Shown: positions 55,211 to 64,000 of the stretch, one piece after another | Numbering within the stretch: the first letter of the stretch is position 1 | How the letters are laid out: each line of letters begins with the position of its first letter | DNA from: Octopus sinensis | Lineage: Eukaryota | NCBI RefSeq assembly: GCF_006345805.1 | Contig: NC_043003.1 | Span: 34,286,001-34,350,000, forward strand | DNA length: 64,000 bases | Reading direction: 5' to 3' | Position numbers and translations under genes: made by a program | The notes under the pieces: generated by a model | What the model saw: the letters and a program-made list of their open reading frames with translations, nothing else | The model's database searches: none | What the model was told of the DNA's origin: nothing

Positions 55211-55332
55211 CTATGGTAAGAGCTTGCTTCCCGACCATGTGGATCCAGTTTCAGTAAACACTGCGTAGCACCTTGGGCAGAGTATTCAACTATAGCCTCG
55301 GGCCGACCAAAGCTTGTGATGGATTTGGTATA

Positions 55333-55382
<50 letters not shown>

Positions 55383-55750
55383 TAATATATATATATATAT
55401 GTATGTATATATTTTTATATATATAAATATATATATACACACCACATATATACAAATATATATATATACATATATACATACATACATACATACATACATA
55501 CATACATACATACATACATACATACATACTTATATATGTATGCATGTATTTGTGTCTGTGTTTGTCCTCCATCATCGCTTGGCAACCGATGTTGGTGTGT
55601 TTACGCCCCCGTAACTTAGCGTTTCGGCAAAAGAGACCGATATGATAAGTACTAGACTTACAAGAAAAAGTCCTGGGGTTGATTTGTTCGACTAAAGGCG
55701 TTGTTCCAGCATGGCCGCAGTCAAATGACTAAATCAAAGAAAAGTAAAGT
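55211..55750 (+). mobile_element. CORE-type tRNA SINE with a greatly expanded internal microsatellite
   Basis: CACTGCGTAGCACCTTGGGCAG...CCTCGGGCCGACCAAAGC, then about 235 bp of (TA)/(TACA)n, then GTGTCTGTGTTTGTCC...CAGCATGGCCGCAGTCAAATGACT. Confidence 0.82.
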
Positions 55751-56082
55751 AAAGAAAAGAAAATCGTCAGATGATGTCTAAACTTCGTCTGTGGAACTGA
55801 CTCTAAACCACATACTCCAGTTGGTCTGTTGGCAGTAATGACCAGTCACTATTCATCCTCACTTACTTACAGTTTGGTTCCTAAGTTTCAGTGGCAGCAA
55901 AGCCTCTTCTCCTATTTTCCCCGATGTGCAAGCAATTGTCTTTCACACTTGTTTTGCTGCAGCCAGAATTGAAAGCGGTTTCCACAGAAATTGCGTTAAT
56001 AAACGCCATCAGCCAATTTCAACTGAAAATAGCAAAGCTTGCTACATTTGTAATGGCGTTATTAGGCTAGGTCTAAGGCGAT

Positions 56083-56250
56083 AAACTGGCAGAACCGTTA
56101 TACGCCATTACGTTCTGACTTCAAATTCCACCGATGTCGACTTTATCTTTTCTCCTCCTGGGTTCGATAAAATAAACCTTAGTTAATTACTTGTGCGCAT
56201 ATAATCGACTTGCTACGCCCACGCAATTGCTGGCCTTATGCCAAACTAAG
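56083..56250 (+). mobile_element. Diverged Meta-like SINE
   Basis: GGCGATAAACTGGCAGAACCGTT...TTCAAATTCCACCGATGTCGACTTT...GCTGGCCTTATGCC. Confidence 0.65.
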
Positions 56251-56807
56251 AAACATTCATTAGAGTAGGTCTTGTATATACTTGATTGTATCTCTGAGGC
56301 TTTGTCGCATACGTTTTGCTATAGGACAAAGAATTCCATGATAATGATCCTCTTTTCTTAGAAAATATGACCATCTCAAAACTGGAGTATGCTTTAAAAA
56401 CTAGTGAAAAATTTCTCTCCTAGATCTCTCCCATCACCTACGACTGCAGACTTCTCTGGCTATTTTGTAGGTGATTAATAACCATAAACGTTGATTAAGT
56501 TGGTGAATGGAGATTTTTCTGAAATGGATCTTACACTTCTGTCTCGTTCACTCCAAGATGTCACCCAATGGTCAGAGAATCTTGTCGTAACTCCTTCTGT
56601 GTCTTTCTTGCGAATCTTCTGTTATCTTGGTGTCTGTGAGCATATACACCAAAGAAGTGCCTGCACAGACAAATACACGCAACACACACACAAACACATA
56701 TATATGTGTGTATATGTATATGGATGTATGTATGTATGTATGTATGTATGTATACGTACGGACGTATGTTTGTATCTGTGTGTGTGTAACTGTACATGTA
56801 ATTGTAC

Positions 56808-56842
<35 letters not shown>

Positions 56843-56949
56843 AATACACATATCTATATGTATAGACGTATATTGATATAAATATATATATATATGTGTG
56901 TGTGTGTGTGTATGTACATATATATGCATGTGTATATATATATATATAT

Positions 56950-57031
<82 letters not shown>

Positions 57032-57136
57032 CACAGAAACTGAGAAGGAAATTATAACACCAACATGAGAACGATTCAATGAGACAGCGGTAAGATATAA
57101 ATAAAGCCATTTATAGAAAGAGGCAAGATGAAGAGT

Positions 57137-57231
<95 letters not shown>

Positions 57232-57797
57232 TAATAGAGAGATCGAATATAGATTTGATTCCAGAGAAGATACAATTACAGCATAAGCGAGTGTGAGGGG
57301 AACATTTTTCAGGAAAATAAATTAATGTTAAAAATGTCCATTGTCGCATAGAACGAAGTAGTTCAAAATCTTAAAATAAAGTAATATATATAAATATAAA
57401 TAAAAGCTATAAAAAATTTTTTGGGAAAAGAAAAAAAAAGAAACATCATAATAAATAACAGTTCAAAAATAAATAAATAAAAATATATTGATTCCCCTCA
57501 CAATTTTAATTATTCAAGGAAAATATGAGCTTTGGAGAAAACAATTGCAACAACTATAACGCCAAGAACAACAGTAACAAGAAACACAACGAAATTATAA
57601 AATAAAATAAAGAGACCAACTAAAAGAGTACAATGACAATAACAATAATAACAAATATAACTAATAACAACAGTGAAAAATAACAAATTACACACAAACC
57701 CCTGTAAAAAATCAAAACAAAACGAAATACACAATTATAAAAGAAAAACAATGATAATAATAATAATAATGATAACAACAACAACAACAACGATGAC

Positions 57798-57835
<38 letters not shown>

Positions 57836-58040
57836 TAATATGATTTATAAAATAAGAATAACATAACGAATGTTGAAATATTAAGAAGATAAAATAAATG
57901 ACGAAGAGACATCAGACACGCAAAACAGAAAAATAATCATGTGTTTGTGTGCGTGTACGTGTGCGTATGAGCGTGTGTGTGTGTATGTGTATACGCGTTT
58001 ATGTATGCGTATCTGTATAGAAGCTTATATGCATACACAC

Positions 58041-58084
<44 letters not shown>

Positions 58085-58136
58085 CCAATATGTGTGCATA
58101 AGTATATGTATGCATGTGTATATATATATACATATA

Positions 58137-58167
<31 letters not shown>

Positions 58168-58270
58168 CATGCACACATACATATGTAGATATGCATTTTA
58201 CATTTGTATCTATATACGTATGCGTATATATACATATATGCATATATATATGTGTGTATGTGTGTGTGCA

Positions 58271-58303
<33 letters not shown>

Positions 58304-58438
58304 CTGTGTGCGAGTGTGTGGATATAAATATATAAGTGTATATAACAAATAATCGATCAACAAACAAAAGGAAAAAACTAATAATAATAATAATAATTGT
58401 GATTTCTTTTATTTTTTTATTTTTTAAATAATAATAAT

Positions 58439-58495
<57 letters not shown>

Positions 58496-60006
58496 CATAA
58501 CAAATAACAATAATAAGAAGAACATCAATAACAAAAAAAAACAATAAGAATAGCAATAATAGAAAACAGCCACCAGGACAAAATAATTGTGTAGCGCGCC
58601 ATCTATCTTGATTTATTACCTGTTAGTTATTCACGCCTACAACCGCTACCACTACAGCCAGAACAGTCACAACCACCACCATAAGCTTACCACTACTGTT
58701 GCTAACTACTACCTCAGCCAACAGAACCACTTCCAGTAATATTAGCATTGTCACCTCTATAAGTACTACTACCGTGATCACCATTAATACCGCCAACGTT
58801 AACGTCTCTGCACACCCACTATCACCAACGAGTACCACCACCACTACACCACAACCACTACCACCACCACCATCATCACCTTCACCATCGTCGTAAGCAA
58901 CACAATTACTATTAAAAGCACCATCACCACCTTAGCTACCATATTGTCATTTTAAATATCATCAGTTATGCCAACGTCAACACCTCCAACACCAACATAT
59001 CATCTTGAAGATCTATCTTCACGAATTCTTCTAACACCACCACCACTACCACCTCCTCCACCTTCACCACCACCACCATAGCATCTATCAGTGTCGCCAA
59101 CTCCAAACTAACAACACCGACACCATCGTAACCAATGCCACAACCCGGAGCACAACCATCATCACAGTGAATGCCACCATCGAGCATATAAATTCCATCA
59201 GGATACCAACACCATAAATATCACTAAGAATACACCAGTATATTCAGCATCATTATCATTAACACCACAACTAGTGTCTCCACCACAACCGGTGCCACCA
59301 CCACCACCACCACTACAACTAGTGACAACAAAACCACTAACACCGCTACCAACGTCAAAAGCCAGTCCACCATCATTTATAAATCCCATTGGTTTTACCG
59401 CTACCACCACACCGATAACAACAACAACAACAGCAACAACAACAACAGCAATAACAACAGTGATAAACGTGGCCATGACTAGCATAATCACTACGAGCCA
59501 GCACAACGCCCGCCAACGCCATCACCTAATCCACCATCACCACAATCAACATCATCGTCGACATCAACACTGTCAACACATTCATTACTAACTACTCTGG
59601 TTATTCTAAAAATTTATAGTAAAATATATATCCATTTTATGTACGTATGTATGTATGTATGTATGTATGTATGTATGTATGTATGTATGTATGTATGTAT
59701 GTATGTATGTATGTATGTATGTATGCACAAATATACATACATTCATACATACGTTTGTACGTGCATGTGTGTTTGTGTGTGTATGAGTGTATGTGATAGA
59801 GTGGTTACTTCAAAATTCCGATGTTTCTTACCCCTCCCGTTTTAATGTTATTTTAGTTACTTTTGCTTTTGTATTACTATCTATTGGATGTTTCCTTCTT
59901 TTCTTGTTCGTTTTGACGTTTGTTTTTCCTTTATTGTATTGAAATGTTGTTTGTCTTCGTGTGTTTTGTATATACACACACATATAATACGTATATCTGT
60001 GTATAT

Positions 60007-60089
<83 letters not shown>

Positions 60090-60614
60090 GCCTCTTAATG
60101 TTTTTATATGTTTGAGTTGATGTTTTTATGTTGGAATTGATTTATTCTATTTTACTGTTGTTATCTCTGTATATTTGTCTTTTCCACACGTCATTGTGTT
60201 GCTTTAGGATTTATACCAGTATTGTGGTCGTGGGCAGAGTGGAGAAGCAAATGAGGGGGTTTCAGGTTATTGGTGTTATTTGGATTATCTCTGGTGTTGG
60301 TGGTGGTGGTACCGGTGGCTAGTAATGGTGATGACATTTAATGGCGCTAGTGGTGCTGTTTAAAGTTTCCTTTGTGGTAGTAGTTAGAGTAGTTATTATA
60401 TTGTGGTTGTACTACTGTTGTTTTATGGAAATTATTGTTGTTGTTGCATGGTGGCTGTTGTAGAGGTGTTTAATGGTGGTTATAGTAGTAGATATACTAT
60501 ATATTTTAATGGAGCCTGTAGTAGGGTGGTCTCATGATGACTGTAGTCGTAGTAGTGTAATTCAATGGTAGTGGTTTCAATAGCATAGTTTAACGGTACT
60601 TGGGGCAGTGTGGC

Positions 60615-60835
60615 TTAATGGTGGCTGTTATAGAAGTGTACTTTAATGGTGGCCGTTATAGAAGTGTACTTTAATGGTGGCCGTTATAGAAGTGTACTTT
60701 AATGGTGGCCGTTATAGAAGTGTACTTTAATGGTGGCCGTTATAGAAGTGTAGTTTGATGATAGTTATAGAAGTGTAGTATAATGGTGATTGTAGAAGTG
60801 TACTGTAATGATGGTTACATTAGTGTAGTTTAATG
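60615..60835. repeat. 28-bp minisatellite TTAATGGTGGCCGTTATAGAAGTGTACT: 5 near-perfect units (60615-60754) plus degenerate units
   Basis: Read directly from the sequence. Units start at 60615, 60643, 60671, 60699 and 60727. Confidence 0.95.
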
Positions 60836-61464
60836 ATATCTGTGCTATTATTGTTTAATACTGTCGGTTGTAGCAGTGTGATTAAACGATGCATGTTGCA
60901 ATGTGATTTCCTGGAGGTTGTTTACGGTACTGTAGTTTTTGATGATAGCTGTTGTGGCAGTAGCTTTCATAGTAGTTGAAGTACTGTTACTTAATTTTGC
61001 TGAATATAATAGTTAATGGTAACTATAGTGCTATTGTTTAATGAGGCACAAGAATTATTAAATAGAATCTGTTATCACTTAATGCTGGTGTTTAAAGTGT
61101 AGATTAATGGTGTGCTTAATACTGGTTTAATAGTAAATTGCGGAAGTGGTGTTCAATAGTATCGTTGGTGGCAGTGATATTAGTAATGTTATTAAATCCT
61201 GTTGCTTTTTGTTGTGATAGTTGTTTAAACTAAGGTCAGTAACAGTCTAGAAGACCTACGGTCATAAATGAAGTTGCGTCCTAGACCGCTTTTTTTAAAA
61301 ATATAGTTTATCAGTCACTATATTATGCAATGTGTTCTTTGGGTTTAAACTGTCAACGTGGGACATAAAGGGGCTGTTAAATGGTGGCAGAAGTGGTAAT
61401 ATTTGCAATTTAAGTTGCGAAGCATGTGTAGAGAGCAGTGCTAATGTTATTAGCAGGGGAAAGC

Positions 61465-61670
61465 GGCGAGCTGGCAGAATCGTAAGCACGCTTAGCAAAA
61501 TACTCAGCAGCGTTTCGTCCGTCCTTAAGTTTCTGAGTTCAAATTCCACCGAGGTCAACTTTTCCTTTTATTCTTTCAGGATCGATAAAATAAGTACCCG
61601 TTGAGCAGTGGGGGTCGATTTATTCCCTTCCTCGAAATTGCTGACTTCGTGCCATAATTTGAAACCAATG
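61465..61670 (+). mobile_element. Meta-like SINE, alternative tail
   Basis: GGCGAGCTGGCAGAATCGTAAGCACG...GAGTTCAAATTCCACCGAGGTCAAC...GATAAAATAAGTACC. Confidence 0.8.
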
Positions 61671-62034
61671 TTTCTAGCGATTATGGTAGTGGAGATTGTT
61701 TACTGTTCTAGGTAAGAGCTATACTTTTTTTTGTTTTATGTAGCGGCTGCAGTATTTTTTATGGTGATACACGTAGCAGGACAAGCAACACGCATAAAAG
61801 AGAGACATTTTCTGTTGAGTACATTCTCTGTATTTTGACCACAACTCGGTTCACATCGAACAGACCAATGATTAAAAAGTACTTCAGTCGTGACCTGTGA
61901 ATCTTTCTTTTGAACAATAATATATGTAGGACTTACATATTCTCATAAGTTCAGCCTTTTTTAATATCTGAGCGAGATTTCGTTGCTATTTAAGCTAACT
62001 GGCCCAGTGATCACAAGAAAGTTAACTCGTTGGC

Positions 62035-62105
<71 letters not shown>

Positions 62106-62294
62106 CAGTAGCAGCAGCAGCAGCAACAACAACAACAATAACTGAAGCAGCAGAAGCTATGTACAAACATCTTTGTTGCAACTGAGAGACATAAATCTGG
62201 TAATCGTTGTTGTATAAGAATAAGAATTAAATGCTATGTTGTAAATATAGTGGTTGTTCACTTCTTATTGTTGCTGTTATTGTTGTCGTTGTTT

Positions 62295-62715
62295 AGTGCC
62301 AATCGACCCTGATCGAGCAGACCTACGGTCAATGGCTTTCCAGTTACGACTGTCCTATCTTTATAAAGTTATTATAGTGTATCTAGGACTATATTATTCT
62401 GATCAGACACATGTTTCGTCCACCTTTTTTTTTTTTTAAAAAAAAAGCAGTGGAATTTGTTAGAGATTTTGCTGCTATTTCTAGGAGGCCAAGTGGTGAT
62501 GTAGAATTTCCTCATTGATTAATGCTTTTTAGTTTTGCCCTTGAATTTGATTTATTCCAGGTCAGCCCTATTAGAGAAGACCTATGATAAAAAGCATTCT
62601 GTCAGACACCATCCCGTCTTATTTATCTAGAAATTATCGTTTTTAGAACTATTTCCTTAAAAAAAAAACGATATTGTTATGATTCGAAAGACAATTTGGT
62701 GCCGTTTCTAGAAGG
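62295..62715 (-). repeat. Two tandem diverged copies of an unclassified dispersed repeat; further copies near 2700-2900, 8060-8130, 11815-11960, 13290-13500, 26340-26500, 42660-42850, 45640-45790
   Basis: Recurrent motifs CTAGAAATAGCAGC(C)AAA and GATCATAGGTCTGC...GATCAGG-like appear in both orientations. Confidence 0.55.
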
Positions 62716-63084
62716 TCTACCGAAGACAACGTACAAATTTCCCTGTTGGTTCGTGAGGTTTATATTTTTGCCAGTGTTGTTGGTGATGGGTTGCTGGTGG
62801 TGAAAATGATTATATTACCATGGTTTCATTTGATGGTATTTAGAAAGGTAATAATGGATGGTATGGAAAGAGATAGTTAATTATCGAGTTGAAAGGTCAA
62901 AGTTGTATTGCAGATCTATTTAATAGTGACAGATGGTGTCTCGATGTGGTGAAGGTAGTCGTGCCGAAGACGGTGGTGATGGTAATGATGGTGGTGGAAG
63001 TTACACTAATTCTGCTGAAGATGACCATAGAACGAGTAGCGGTTCTGGTGGTAATAGTGATGGTAATAGTAGTGGTCATAATAG

Positions 63085-63126
<42 letters not shown>

Positions 63127-64000
63127 CGACGACGATGATGATGTCAGTCATATTAATGGCGTTTATGTTGATAGCTGGAGAAATAGAAGTAGTGGGAATA
63201 ACGTTTCCGTCAAAGAAAGCTGGTTAAATTAGTAGTACTAATGGTAGTGACAGCTGTGGTGCTGGTAGTGGTGGTATAGGAGGAAGTGGTGGTGGTAGTA
63301 GTGCGTGTTGGTGGTGCTGCTGCTGGCTGTAGTGGTGGGGGTGTTAGCATTGTTTGTTGGTGGCGATAGTATTTATTCCGGTAACACTTGATAGTAGAAA
63401 CACTAGTGATAGTAGGTATCTAATAAGATAATACTATTGTTTATGCCATTTTTGTTGTTGCTAAATTGATGACTAGGCAGTAAATGTTAGTTAAGTGAAC
63501 CTAAACAATGTTTATGCAATTAGGATAGCAAACAAAAATACTTCATAGTTGATGGCAAAATGTTAATGGGTGATAAAGGTTATGATGACGATGGTGTTGA
63601 GACTTCTGTTATTTCTAGTGCGGAGATGATTGTTGTAATTATTAAACAAAAGGCCAGGCATGATCTAGTAGATCTGTGACCGGAGCCATTTCAGTTTTAT
63701 AGTTTTCTTGAAGCGTGCATTTCAGAGCAAACTTTCCAATGCGCTCAATGCCGTCTTAAAAACATGTGTACACTGAACGCTCGCTCGTGGATACTCACGG
63801 ATCAAGGGACCAAGTTTTGATCTATGTATAATGTGGCTTGCTGTCAGTAGATAAATACTAAATGGTCGAGTGCGTTGATTTGCTTGGGGGGGAGGGGGAA
63901 ACGTATAATACTACAAAGACTGTCCTGGTGGTGTTTCCTCTCTCTTCCTCCCTCCCTCCCAACCACCTCTTTTTTAAGAGACAGCATGGTGTGGTATGAA

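Noticed and set aside
60615-60754. Regular 28-bp repeats as a possible CRISPR array
   Set aside because: The units are head-to-tail with no unique spacers, there are no cas genes, and the context is eukaryotic.

Overview
AT-rich animal genomic DNA saturated with microsatellites. The SINE families and the (TA)/(CA)/(TACA)/(TATC)/(GAT)/(AAT) repeat landscape look like an octopus; this is recognised from memory, not searched. The only host gene I can support is a NOL4/NOL4L (nucleolar protein 4-like) homologue on the minus strand. It has two clean phase-0 exons, 18038-18178 and 12698-12901, which splice to ...DDDEDDKLPSGHEYDTERLKAFN|[22 protein letters not shown]...[12 protein letters not shown]. 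Its other exons were not found, so most or all of the window is probably intron. Mobile DNA includes a decayed R4/Dong-type LINE 3' end interrupted by a Helitron, a young 5'-truncated L1/Tx1-clade LINE, a mariner 5' end, a possible decayed Gypsy pol, and many tRNA-derived SINEs. Nearly all ORFs in the track are microsatellite translations. I see no new multi-gene system. The best leads are: (1) one SINE tail matches the 3' terminus of the L1/Tx1 LINE, including a terminal hairpin, suggesting a SINE-LINE partnership with tail swapping; (2) that LINE sits in a (TATC)n tract; (3) an inverted pair of near-identical SINEs brackets the two NOL4 exons, a geometry that favours circRNA or ADAR editing; (4) a near-perfect 76-bp-arm palindrome.
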